Of a stretch of DNA of 48,647 nt, positions 1 to 9,114 are shown one piece after another. Every line of letters starts with the position of its first letter. Position 1 is the stretch's first letter. Location: contig JAZNYU010000163.1 of assembly GCA_045594605.1 (NCBI GenBank), positions 1-48,647 on the forward strand, given 5' to 3'. A program made the position numbers and the translations under genes. A model generated the notes under the pieces. It did no database searches. It had not been told where the DNA came from and saw only the letters and a list, made by a program, of their open reading frames with translations. This DNA comes from Eubacteriales bacterium. Its GTDB lineage: Bacteria > Bacillota > Clostridia > Oscillospirales > CAG-272.

Positions 1-429
1 GGTTACTCCCGTCAAAGAATCGCCGAGCAGCTCAACGAGCTGGTTGAGATTCTGGATGCGAGAATTTCCATGGAGCTCATCGCCGACGGCGAATGGAACC
101 CCGAAGAAATTCGTGTTCGTCCCATCGTAACAGAGAATGGCATCATCTTCCAAGGCGATCACGTATGCGAGAGCAAGTGTGACACTTGCGGCAAGTGTCT
201 GGATAAGACCTGCACAATGGACGCATGCAAGGAGAAGTGCCAAGGTCACAAGACCGAGACTCCCAAGGGTGACGAAAACAAGGAATTTGACACTAAGGGC
301 GCTATCATCGTAGCCATCGTTGCAGGCGTTGTTCTCATTGGCACGGGCGTTGCTCTGGCAATCGTCTTTACCAAAAAGAAGAAGCCCCAAGAAAAGAAAG
401 AAACCAAAGAAGAACCCGAACAAAACTAA
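1..429 (+). CDS. 3' end of a CDS entering from the left edge: Cys-rich surface protein fragment with C-terminal transmembrane anchor
   Basis: Frame 1 is open from base 1 (GYSRQRIAEQ...) to TAA 427-429. It has a 7-Cys cassette HVCESKCDTCGKCLDKTCTMDACKEKCQGH (nt 160-249), then a hydrophobic helix AIIVAIVAGVVLIGTGVALAIVF followed by a KKKK / Lys-Glu-rich tail. Confidence 0.65.
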   Translation, partial: GYSRQRIAEQLNELVEILDARISMELIADGEWNPEEIRVRPIVTENGIIFQGDHVCESKCDTCGKCLDKTCTMDACKEKCQGHKTETPKGDENKEFDTKGAIIVAIVAGVVLIGTGVALAIVFTKKKKPQEKKETKEEPEQN

Positions 430-522
430 AAAGACCTTCCCAGATTGACTCACAAAGAAACCAATCGTATTTTTAGATGCGGAGCATCTCGAAATAAATA
501 AAAAAACAGGAGGCACACACAA

Positions 523-3204
523 ATGAAAATGTCAAGACTTTTGGCGATTATCGCAGTTGCTATGGCGCTTGTACTCACCTTTGCAGCATGTGATTTCTTC
601 AAACCGGATGACAATGAAACCACACCCCCCGCAAACAATCAGACGACACCCCCCGCAAACACAGAAACTACTCCTCCCGCAAACACAGAAACCACTCCCG
701 TTATCAGCGTAGTTCCCGAAACCGTTGAGATCCACGCAGGTGACGACATCGAGCTTATGTTCGGTGTAACCGTTACTGACGAGGGTGACGAGGCTCCCAC
801 ACTCATCATCGAAGACGACGACGGATTCGATGCGGACGTTGAAGGAACCTACACCATCACCTACAAGGCAGTTAACAAGTATGGCAAGACCGCTACCGCT
901 ACCCGTACGGTAAAGGTCCTCAAGGCTCTCTCCGCTCTCACTCTCGAGGTTAAGGCAAACAGACTCGGTGAGAACAAGTGGCAGGGCAACCTCCTTTCCT
1001 TTAAGAATAAGGAATTCGTAACCCTTTCCGGCGATTACGTATCTGACGTAGCTATCAGCGGCGTATTCTATAACGCAACCGAGGCTGCTGTTACCATCAA
1101 CATTGCAGGCAGCTACGGCGTAGCAGCTGTAATCGATGCAAACGGCTTTGTAGTTGAGGGCCGTGACGGCGCTAACTCCAAGCTCGTAAACGCTGCAAAC
1201 CCCGACAGAACCGCAAGTGCTGTAACCTCTCTTGAAATTAACGGCGAGACCGTTACCGTTGCAAGCGCATTTGCAAAGAACCTCACCGTTCCTGCAGGCG
1301 GCTATGCAATCGTTGTTCAAAACGGTTACTGCGGAACCACCGTTGACTCCGACGGCCGCGGCTTTATGAACTACAACGTTATTTACCAATACGGTAACAT
1401 TGTTCGCCTCCTTTGGGCTGATACCCAAGAGGTCCTCACTCCTTACGTAGACCAAGCTCCCGCTATCACCGGTCACAACAACAAGGTTCTTGCTAACCTG
1501 ACCGATGCAGAGTTTGATCTTGCTGTTGCAATCCTCGGCGGTCTTACCATCACCGACGATAACGGCACCTTCGATCCCTCCGACGACGTAGCAGTTGAAA
1601 TTACCGTTGCTGACAACGGTGGCTTTGACATCAACACTATCGGCGTTTACACCATCACCCTGACCGCAACCGACGGCACGAACACCACCACCGTTACCCG
1701 TCAGGTAGAGGTTGTTGACACTCTCGTCGAGCTCACCATTAACGGCAATTCCTACAAGACTCTTCCCGAAACCGTTGCAGTAGATACAGATGTTAACCCT
1801 CTGGGCAAATATCTCTTCCTTATCTTTACCCCTGCATACGAGGGCGAAATCACCCTTAGCAACGGCTACGGCGTAGCAATGGTACTCAATCAATATGGTC
1901 AGGTCGTTCGTATTTACGACGGTGCCAGCGGAAAGTACTTTGATGCTGAAAATGACGGCATCACCGGCGGTCCTTGCACAGCAGCAGGCTACCTCAAGGA
2001 AGCATTTGCATCCCTGCAAGACGGCGAGTACCTCATTGTAGCTCCCAACGGAAACGGTAATGTTGCACGTGGATTCTTCTACAGCAACCGTAAAGTAGGC
2101 GCACAAGTAACTCTTCCCGGCATCACTTTCCCCGAGGCTCCTGCTCATAAGTGCGAGCACGTTTGCGACGTATGCGGCAAGTGCCTTGATACAGGATGCG
2201 CAGAAGAAGTTTGCGCAGAAAAGTGCGTATGCGAACCCGACCATACTTGCGAGCACGTTTGCGAGTATTGCGGCAAGTGCGCCGATGCAGAATGTGCACA
2301 TTCCGTTTGCGCTGACAAGTGCGCAGGTCATGAAAACTCTAAGTTCATCTCTGTCAACGGTAAGACCTTTGAGGCAGTTGACGGCAAATGGGCATACAAC
2401 GTTGAGATCACCGACAAGACCGCAGCTAAGTACTCCATGATCATTCTTGACAAGAACTACAACGGCAACCTCTCCACCAACGGTTACGGTGCTGCAATCG
2501 TTCTTGACAGATACGGCAAGCTGATCAAGGTTTACGACGGTGCAAACCTCGGCTTCTACCAAGGTAACGGCAAAGAGACTGCTCACTTCACCACCTCCAA
2601 CTATGCAGTAGTAGCATGGAGTGAGCTTGGCGAAGGCGAGACTCTGATCATTTTCCCCAATGACGGTGGCGCAAACGCAGGCCGTGGCTTCGCTCTCGGT
2701 CTCCGCACCGACGGTTCCATCGGTCAAACCGCAACCCTGACCGGCTTCGAGTTTGAAGTTTACGTTCCCGACGACAAGACCATTGCTGTTAACGGCAAGG
2801 AATTCACTGCACTTGAAGGCAAGTGGGCATACAACGTTGAGATCACCGACAAGACTGCAGCTCAATACTCCATGATCATCCTCGACAAGAACTACACCGG
2901 CGACCTTTCTACCAACGGTTACGGTGCTGCAATCGTTCTGGATGCTTCCGGTAAGCTGATCAAGGTTTACGATGGCGCAAACCTCGGCTTCTACCAAGGC
3001 AACGGCAAAGAGACCGCTCACTTCACCACCGCTAACTATGCAGTAACTGCATGGGGCGAGCTCGGCGAAGGCGAGACCCTGATCATCTTCCCCAATGACG
3101 GCGGTGCAAACGCAGCTCGTGGCTTCGCTCTCGGTCTCCGCACCGACGGCTCCATTGGCCAGACTGCAACCCTCACAGGCTTTGATTTTGCAAAGGCTGA
3201 ATAA
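523..3204 (+). CDS. 893-aa multidomain surface lipoprotein (Ig-like DUF5011-type segments, four copies of an unassigned ~130-145-aa domain, double 7-Cys cassette)
   Basis: AGGAGG at 508-513 lies 9 nt before the ATG. Signal peptide with probable lipobox (LVLTFAA-C). TTPPAN linker. Ig-like segments GTYTITYKAVNKYGKTATATRTVKV and GVYTITLTATDGTNTTTVTRQVEV. Repeated core NGYGxAxVLxxxGxxxxxYDGA occurs four times. Cys cassette at nt 2146-2331. Confidence 0.85.
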   Translation: MKMSRLLAIIAVAMALVLTFAACDFFKPDDNETTPPANNQTTPPANTETTPPANTETTPVISVVPETVEIHAGDDIELMFGVTVTDEGDEAPTLIIEDDDGFDADVEGTYTITYKAVNKYGKTATATRTVKVLKALSALTLEVKANRLGENKWQGNLLSFKNKEFVTLSGDYVSDVAISGVFYNATEAAVTINIAGSYGVAAVIDANGFVVEGRDGANSKLVNAANPDRTASAVTSLEINGETVTVASAFAKNLTVPAGGYAIVVQNGYCGTTVDSDGRGFMNYNVIYQYGNIVRLLWADTQEVLTPYVDQAPAITGHNNKVLANLTDAEFDLAVAILGGLTITDDNGTFDPSDDVAVEITVADNGGFDINTIGVYTITLTATDGTNTTTVTRQVEVVDTLVELTINGNSYKTLPETVAVDTDVNPLGKYLFLIFTPAYEGEITLSNGYGVAMVLNQYGQVVRIYDGASGKYFDAENDGITGGPCTAAGYLKEAFASLQDGEYLIVAPNGNGNVARGFFYSNRKVGAQVTLPGITFPEAPAHKCEHVCDVCGKCLDTGCAEEVCAEKCVCEPDHTCEHVCEYCGKCADAECAHSVCADKCAGHENSKFISVNGKTFEAVDGKWAYNVEITDKTAAKYSMIILDKNYNGNLSTNGYGAAIVLDRYGKLIKVYDGANLGFYQGNGKETAHFTTSNYAVVAWSELGEGETLIIFPNDGGANAGRGFALGLRTDGSIGQTATLTGFEFEVYVPDDKTIAVNGKEFTALEGKWAYNVEITDKTAAQYSMIILDKNYTGDLSTNGYGAAIVLDASGKLIKVYDGANLGFYQGNGKETAHFTTANYAVTAWGELGEGETLIIFPNDGGANAARGFALGLRTDGSIGQTATLTGFDFAKAE
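616..699 (+). repeat. In-frame 24-bp tandem repeat (about 3.4 units) encoding (E/Q)TTPPAN(N/T) linker
   Basis: ETTPPANN QTTPPANT ETTPPANT ETTP is read directly from nt 616-699. It forms a low-complexity Pro/Thr spacer right after the lipobox. Confidence 0.8.
2341..3201 (+). repeat. Tandem in-frame duplication, 2 x ~435 bp (145-aa domain), inside the 893-aa lipoprotein gene
   Basis: Unit 1 (2341-2775) reads KFISVNGKTFEAVDGKWAYNVEITDKTAAKYSMIILDKNY... Unit 2 (2776-3201) reads KTIAVNGKEFTALEGKWAYNVEITDKTAAQYSMIILDKNY... The two are near-identical over most of their length at protein level. Confidence 0.9.
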
Positions 3205-3275
3205 TTCGCGTTACGCAAAAATGATCCAATAGTAGATTGATTTTTGAAGATCGATCTGTGAAAACAAGAAAAAAT

Positions 3276-3302
3276 GCTCCCATCACTTTTTGTGATGGGA
3301 GC
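3276..3302. other. Intercistronic 11-bp-stem hairpin between the 893-aa lipoprotein gene and the glycosidase gene
   Basis: GCTCCCATCAC-TTTTT-GTGATGGGAGC. An A-run precedes it but no T-run follows on the + strand, so it is a possible weak terminator or mRNA-stability element. Confidence 0.4.
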
Positions 3303-3323
3303 CAACGAAAAATGGAGAGCAAT

Positions 3324-4724
3324 ATGAAAAAGGTATTATCTTTCCTCACAATGGCAGTTGCCCTTGTGTTACTGACAGTCAGTTCGGTTTCCGCTTTTTC
3401 TGAGGGCGTGCTTGATACTCCCAATTTCAAGCTTGACAGAGATGGCTTCGTATACATCGAAAAGGAAACCAAAAACAACAATTTAGACCAAAAGATTTTT
3501 TACGGTGAGTACAATACCACCGGCAAGGATGCAAAGTACGAGTGGGTCATCCATAGCATCAGAGAAGGCTCCAATACCACTCTAACGAACGTAATGGATA
3601 TTGCCCGTGACTACGAGGCAAAAACAGGCCGCAAGGTTATGCTTGCAACCAACGGCGACTATTTTTATGCCACCGGCTCCAACGTTGATTCCTACGTTAA
3701 CAACGGCATCGTTATCAGCAAGGGCAACATGGCAAACAAAAACTGTATCGGCTTTGATAACAACGGAAAGGTTGTAGTTGGCAGAATGACAGAGGTAGAG
3801 ACCCGTCTTGTTGTTTCCACAAACAACGGCCAGATGCAACAGTTCGAAATAGATAAATACAATCAGCAACCCGCCGCAGGCGAGATCGCCATCTACAACG
3901 TCCCCGGTACTTACACCGTTACCAACGCAGGCGTTATGATCGTGAAGGCCTCCTCGGCAAACCTCAACCAGTATCCCGTCTGGGGTACCGATTACACTAT
4001 GACCGCCACCGGCGTTCATGCTACCAAGGAGTTTAAGCTCAACAGCGGACAGTACGCAGTCGTTTACACCGAAGAGGACAGTGCAACCTTTGCCAAGCAC
4101 GTCTTTGGCGAGGCAGTTGATCTGGTCGAGATCCCCGCAGGGCAGTATAAGGATTGCACGTGGGTCGTAGGCGGCTATGACGTTATTGTCAACAACTATC
4201 AGGTAAACACCAACTGCCACACCGATAACAGCGGCAACGCAAACGCTCCCCGCACCTTTATCGGCTTTAAAGAGGACGGCACCGGATTCCTTTGCGTAGT
4301 GGACGGACGTCAGCCCGGCTACTCCATCGGCATCACCGTTAACCAAGAGGCAGAGCTTGCAGCCGTTCTTGGCGCAAAGTACGCACTCGAGCTTGACGGC
4401 GGCGGATCCTCTACCGTGATCGTTCGTATCAACGACGAGCTCACCCTGCGCAACCAACCCTCCGACGGCTCTATGCGCCGCGTATCCAACGCGATCCTCC
4501 TTGTAGAAAAGGAAGTGGAAGAGGAAAGCGGCGAGGGCAACGAAGAGAATACCCCCGGCACCGACAACCCCGCAACCAAACCCGAAGAGAACGGCACAAC
4601 AGATTCTCCCGCACCCGACAACACCGAAAACACAAAGAAGCACAGTCCCTTTGTTCAATTCTTCGTTGACATCTGGGAAGCGATCGTGAACTTCTTTAAA
4701 AAGTTATTTTCCCCAAAGTCGTAA
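3324..4724 (+). CDS. Secreted phosphodiester glycosidase family protein (NAGPA / DUF2233-like)
   Basis: Start chosen at ATG 3324 (GGAG at 3315-3318) rather than the track start 3237. Signal peptide MKKVLSFLTMAVALVLLTVSSVSA. Motifs ATNGDYF, RTFIGFKEDGTGFLCVVDGRQPGYSIGIT and ALELDGGGSSTV. Acidic low-complexity tail and amphipathic C-terminus. Confidence 0.8.
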   Translation: MKKVLSFLTMAVALVLLTVSSVSAFSEGVLDTPNFKLDRDGFVYIEKETKNNNLDQKIFYGEYNTTGKDAKYEWVIHSIREGSNTTLTNVMDIARDYEAKTGRKVMLATNGDYFYATGSNVDSYVNNGIVISKGNMANKNCIGFDNNGKVVVGRMTEVETRLVVSTNNGQMQQFEIDKYNQQPAAGEIAIYNVPGTYTVTNAGVMIVKASSANLNQYPVWGTDYTMTATGVHATKEFKLNSGQYAVVYTEEDSATFAKHVFGEAVDLVEIPAGQYKDCTWVVGGYDVIVNNYQVNTNCHTDNSGNANAPRTFIGFKEDGTGFLCVVDGRQPGYSIGITVNQEAELAAVLGAKYALELDGGGSSTVIVRINDELTLRNQPSDGSMRRVSNAILLVEKEVEEESGEGNEENTPGTDNPATKPEENGTTDSPAPDNTENTKKHSPFVQFFVDIWEAIVNFFKKLFSPKS

Positions 4725-4764
4725 TTTAGTTAGCAATAACAATAAATAAAAAAAGGAGAACATC

Positions 4765-6351
4765 ATGAAAAAAATCTTATCTCTCATCCTTTGCATGGCA
4801 ATGCTTTTGAGTGCAGTTTGTGCTTTTGCATCCTGCAAAAACGACAAGAACAAGGGCAAAGAAATCAACTTTGACATCGATCTTTCTCAAAAGCCCAACC
4901 TCAACATTCTGATGCCTAACTCGGGCAAGGATATCAATGCTGTCAACAGCAGCCCCAACGCACTCCTCATCGAGCAGCTCACGGGCTACAAGACAACCTA
5001 CACACAATTGCCTGCTGCAGATGCTGCAAAGGTTTTGAACACCGAGCTGATGGACAAAAAGCCCTATGACGCAATGAAGCTGACAAAGGATCAGTTCAGC
5101 GACCTTGTTAATCGCGGTCTTCTCGTTGACATCACCGACGCGCTCCCCATCTTTGCTCCCGATCTTCTTGCTAACATCTCCGAGGAATCTTGGGACGTTG
5201 TTACGGTTGATGGCAAAATCTACGGTATTCCCGAGCGCGCATCCAGCGACAACATCGAGAACCCCCTTATTTTCAACTATGACCTCCTTCTCACACTCAA
5301 TCTGGACGTTCCCGAAACGTTGGACGAATTGACCAACGTTCTTAAGGAAATGACTGAATATCTTAAAAAGCCCGCGCTTACCTTTGATAGATACACCCCC
5401 CTCGTTCACGCGATCTCCGGTGCATTCGGCATCTACTCCTTCTGGCAGGAGTATGAAGTAAACGGCGAGAAGCAGGTTCTGTTCTACATGAACGCGCCCA
5501 GATACAACGAATACGTTGAATATATGCACAGCCTCTATCAGGCAGGCTACATTGACCAAGAGGTTCCCACGCTGACCGCATCCGATGCAACCACCCGTTT
5601 TGTAAACGGCTTCAACGCATCCGCTCAAGGTGCTAAGGCAGGTGTTGTTGCAGGCTCTCTTTGGAGTGTTTCCGCAATCGTAACCGGTCTGCAATCCAAC
5701 GGCATCATCAGTGCAAACGAAGCAAGCGACACGCTTGATAACCATCTCTGTTACGTTCGTTCCATTAAGGAAAATGCAACTGATCCCGAAAAGGCATACC
5801 GTAGCAGCGGTTATACCTACATCACCGCAATTCCTTACTACATGGCAGAAAACGCAGGCTACGCACTTGACTGGATGAACTCCAAGATTAAGGATACCGA
5901 TACGGCAGATAACTTCCGTCAAATGGTTCTCGGTCAAGAGGGCGTTCACTGGAATTACAGCCCCAGCGAGGGTTATTTCCCGATCGATCCCAAATTCCAG
6001 GAAAAGGACGATGCCAGCTACTACATGACCGGCTCTAACGAAAACAAGTATACCGAATACTGGAAGGCAAGAGTTAGAAAGCAACCCGAGCTCTTCAGAG
6101 CATGGAGCGAGTTGATGGACAATGCCGACGGCGTTGGCGTTTACAACATCGTTGACTTTACACCTCCCATTGAGGAGTACAGCGAAAACCGTCAAAAGAT
6201 GGAAGAGTATGCACAGGATCAATTCTTTATCATGCTCAAAGAGGGAACACCCAAGCTGCAGGAATATCTTTCCAAGCTCAACGGTTTCCAAGGCGGTAAG
6301 GATGCAACCGACGCCATTAACGATTGGTACAAAAACGTTTATACAAAATAA
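4765..6351 (+). CDS. ABC transporter extracellular solute-binding lipoprotein (large CUT1 / LplA-like sugar binder)
   Basis: AAGGAG RBS. Lipobox LSAVCAFAS-C. 528 aa, typical size and position directly upstream of two sugar permease genes. Confidence 0.85.
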   Translation: MKKILSLILCMAMLLSAVCAFASCKNDKNKGKEINFDIDLSQKPNLNILMPNSGKDINAVNSSPNALLIEQLTGYKTTYTQLPAADAAKVLNTELMDKKPYDAMKLTKDQFSDLVNRGLLVDITDALPIFAPDLLANISEESWDVVTVDGKIYGIPERASSDNIENPLIFNYDLLLTLNLDVPETLDELTNVLKEMTEYLKKPALTFDRYTPLVHAISGAFGIYSFWQEYEVNGEKQVLFYMNAPRYNEYVEYMHSLYQAGYIDQEVPTLTASDATTRFVNGFNASAQGAKAGVVAGSLWSVSAIVTGLQSNGIISANEASDTLDNHLCYVRSIKENATDPEKAYRSSGYTYITAIPYYMAENAGYALDWMNSKIKDTDTADNFRQMVLGQEGVHWNYSPSEGYFPIDPKFQEKDDASYYMTGSNENKYTEYWKARVRKQPELFRAWSELMDNADGVGVYNIVDFTPPIEEYSENRQKMEEYAQDQFFIMLKEGTPKLQEYLSKLNGFQGGKDATDAINDWYKNVYTK

Positions 6352-6370
6352 TCCTTTTAAGGAGTAGAAT

Positions 6371-7321
6371 ATGCGAACATTAAGCTTAAAGAAAGAGCGT
6401 ACGCCCTTGCTTTCCAAGGTGAAAAAGCATAAGCACTTGATACCGTTCGTAATTCCCGCGATCATCTTTGCTTTGATCTTTTGTTACCTTCCCATGGCGG
6501 GTATCGTCATTGCTTTTAAGGACAACCCCAACTTTATGTTCTACGAAGTGTTTGAAGCTCTGGAAAAATCCGAGTGGACCATGGAGAACTTTGAAAAGAT
6601 CTTCTCCGACCCCGAGATCCTCAAGTACATCAAAAACACCTTGATCATCTCCCTGATGAAGATCATCATCCTGTTCCCCCTGCCCGTAGTGCTTGCAATC
6701 ATGATCACCGAGCTGCGCCAAAAGCACTTTTCCAAGCTGGTTCAGGGACTTGTATTCCTGCCTCACTTCTTCTCTTGGGTCGTTATCGTTGGTATCTTTA
6801 ACAGTATTTTCGGTATGTACGGCCCTGTAAACAACTTGGCACAGGCACTTGGTGGCGATCCCGTTTACTATATGGGTGAGCCCGGTTGGTTCCGCTGGCT
6901 GGTCGTTATCCTCTCCGGTTGGAAGGAGATCGGTTACAGCTCGATCGTTTATATTTCCGCAATCATGTCCATTGACCCCGCTCTTTACGAGGCGGCAAAG
7001 ATCGACGGTGCCGGTAAGTTCCGACAGATCTGGAGCGTTACCATTCCGTCCATTATGCCCACCATCGTTGTTATGCTGATCATTCGTATCGGTTACCTTA
7101 TGGACGCAGGCTTTGAGCAGGTCTATGCAATGCTCAACTCCCTGACCAGAGAAACGGGTGAAATCATTGGTACATACGTATACAGACTCGGTTTTGGAAG
7201 CGCGTTTGGCGACTACGGCCTCTCCACGGCAGTCGGTCTCTTTAACGGCGTTATCTCCCTGATACTGATTCTGGGTGCTAACTATTTCAGCAAAAAGAAA
7301 ACAGGAAACGGAGTGTGGTAA
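6371..7321 (+). CDS. Sugar ABC transporter permease (LplB-like)
   Basis: AAGGAG RBS. Multi-TM protein with the EAA loop EAAKIDGAGKFRQIWSVTIPSIMP. Confidence 0.9.
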   Translation: MRTLSLKKERTPLLSKVKKHKHLIPFVIPAIIFALIFCYLPMAGIVIAFKDNPNFMFYEVFEALEKSEWTMENFEKIFSDPEILKYIKNTLIISLMKIIILFPLPVVLAIMITELRQKHFSKLVQGLVFLPHFFSWVVIVGIFNSIFGMYGPVNNLAQALGGDPVYYMGEPGWFRWLVVILSGWKEIGYSSIVYISAIMSIDPALYEAAKIDGAGKFRQIWSVTIPSIMPTIVVMLIIRIGYLMDAGFEQVYAMLNSLTRETGEIIGTYVYRLGFGSAFGDYGLSTAVGLFNGVISLILILGANYFSKKKTGNGVW

Positions 7322-8196
7322 TGATGAAAAAATCAGCTGTTAAAAAAGGCGGCAAAATCAGAGAAAATCCGGTATTCCATACCGTTAACGTGATTCTGCT
7401 TGTAATCATCTCTCTTATCTGCTTCCTGCCGTTTTTGAACGTAATATCCTCCGCTCTCTCTACCGCGGGCTTTGATATCAACTTCACCCCCAAGGGATTT
7501 ACGTGGTTCAACTTTACGTACGTATTTCAGGATGCTGCATTCTGGAGAGCGCTTGGCGTTTCCTTCTTCGTTGTTGTGGTTGGAACGGCACTCTCTGTCA
7601 TCACTATGTTCTCTGCAGCATACGCGCTTTCCAAAAAGGATTTCCCCTGTCGCCGTGGCATTATGGTGTTCTTCATCATCACCATGGTATTCTCGGGCGG
7701 TATGATCCCGAACTACATCGTTGTAAGAGAACTCGGTCTGACGGGTACTCCCTGGGCACTGATCTTACCCTCTGTTGTTCAGGTCTACAACCTCATCCTG
7801 ATCAAGAACTATCTTGAGGGACTGCCTCCGGCACTTGAGGAAGCAGCAGGAATCGACGGTGCAAACTCCTTGCAGATCATGTTCAAGGTGCTGCTCCCCG
7901 TATCCATGCCCTGTGTAGCCAGCGTCAGCCTCTTTACGGCGGTCACCTTCTGGAACAACTACACCAGCGCGCTGCTTTACCTTGGAACCAGCGAAAAGTG
8001 GTATCCGCTCTCCCTTTACATCCTCAACTATATTCAAACTCCCGCAGACGTACTTGACACGAGTATGGCGGCTATTCAAAAAGCGAATATCGAATCGGCT
8101 ATGATCATTGTAAGCATTATTCCGATCCTGATCATTTACCCGTTCGTTCTCAAGTATTTCACCAAGGGCGTAACCGTTGGTGCAGTTAAGGGATAA
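7321..8196 (+). CDS. Carbohydrate ABC transporter permease (LplC-like)
   Basis: ATG overlaps the upstream stop (TAATG). ACGGAG at 7308-7313. EAA loop EEAAGIDGANSLQIMFKVLLPVSMP. The track start GTG 7315 is less likely. Confidence 0.9.
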   Translation: MMKKSAVKKGGKIRENPVFHTVNVILLVIISLICFLPFLNVISSALSTAGFDINFTPKGFTWFNFTYVFQDAAFWRALGVSFFVVVVGTALSVITMFSAAYALSKKDFPCRRGIMVFFIITMVFSGGMIPNYIVVRELGLTGTPWALILPSVVQVYNLILIKNYLEGLPPALEEAAGIDGANSLQIMFKVLLPVSMPCVASVSLFTAVTFWNNYTSALLYLGTSEKWYPLSLYILNYIQTPADVLDTSMAAIQKANIESAMIIVSIIPILIIYPFVLKYFTKGVTVGAVKG

Positions 8197-8197
8197 T

Positions 8198-9070
8198 ATG
8201 ACGATATGTGTTGATATGGGCGCAACCGAAATCAAGGTTGCGCCCATGAGAAAAAATGAAGAGGGTATAACCCTTGGCAAGGTGGAAAAATTCCCCACAA
8301 ACGCCTCTCTTGGCAAAGAGGGCATTGTCACGGCATTGGAACGTGCGATCGCGTCTCTCGCCTCGGGTGAGGCAGAGGGCATTGCCATTGCCTCGGCAGG
8401 GGATATTGATACCGCCACCTCGACCATCACCTACGCCACCGAAAATCTGCCCGGTATGATCGGCTTTGATTTTGGAGCGTTCTGTCTGGAAAAATTCCGG
8501 CTGCCCGCAAAAGCGATCAACGATGCGCACGCAGCGCTGATCGGAGAGATGGCGTACGGAGCGGGCAAGAACTATGCCGGCGCGCGCGTTTGCATGCTTA
8601 CACTCGGCTCGGGTGTTGGCGGCGGCTATTTTGCGGACGGTGACATCGTCTCCAACAAGGAAAACGATTATGGCCGTTTTGGCCACGTCTGTCTTGAGAC
8701 AGGCGGCAGACTTTGCACCTGCGGCAGACGCGGATGCGCCGAAATGTATCTTTCGGGCAGAGCCATCCACAAGGATGCGGATGCGATGTGCATTGACGGC
8801 CCGCACATCTTTGACAAATACGCCGAAGGGGAAGAGCGTCACGTCAAATTCGTGAACACCCTTCGTCAAAATCTGCGCCTGACCCTGGATAAGATCATGG
8901 AGATCTCTCCCTTTGACGTTTGCATCATTGGCGGCGGCGTTGCCGATTGGATGGGTGAGCATTTTTCTGCCATTATGGGAGATCTTGGCTACAAGATCAT
9001 CAAAGCCTCTCTTGGCAACAGTGCCGGAATGGCAGGCGCTTACGCGCATTATCAAAAACAACAAAAGTAG
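8198..9070 (+). CDS. ROK family sugar kinase
   Basis: ATG lies 2 nt after the permease stop with AAGGGA upstream. N-terminal ICVDMGATEIK. ROK zinc motif GHVCLETGGRLCTCGRRGCAEMYLSG and LTLGSGVGGG. Confidence 0.85.
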   Translation: MTICVDMGATEIKVAPMRKNEEGITLGKVEKFPTNASLGKEGIVTALERAIASLASGEAEGIAIASAGDIDTATSTITYATENLPGMIGFDFGAFCLEKFRLPAKAINDAHAALIGEMAYGAGKNYAGARVCMLTLGSGVGGGYFADGDIVSNKENDYGRFGHVCLETGGRLCTCGRRGCAEMYLSGRAIHKDADAMCIDGPHIFDKYAEGEERHVKFVNTLRQNLRLTLDKIMEISPFDVCIIGGGVADWMGEHFSAIMGDLGYKIIKASLGNSAGMAGAYAHYQKQQK

Positions 9071-9114
9071 TAAAACACCAAACACGACACAACGATAAGA
9101 ACAAAAGATTTGAA

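Noticed and set aside
2146-2331. The 7-Cys cassette read as a ferredoxin-type 4Fe-4S binding site.
   Set aside because: The spacing (C-x3-C-x2-C-x2-C-x4-C-x4-C-x3-C) does not match CxxCxxCxxxCP. The cassette also lies in the exported part of lipoproteins or anchored proteins, where Fe-S clusters are not expected. The idea is kept only as an unspecified metal/disulfide knot.
4765-8196. The missing ATP-binding subunit of the ABC importer as an anomaly.
   Set aside because: CUT1-family sugar importers in Firmicutes commonly share a single ATPase (MsmK/MsmX type) encoded elsewhere. Its absence is expected.
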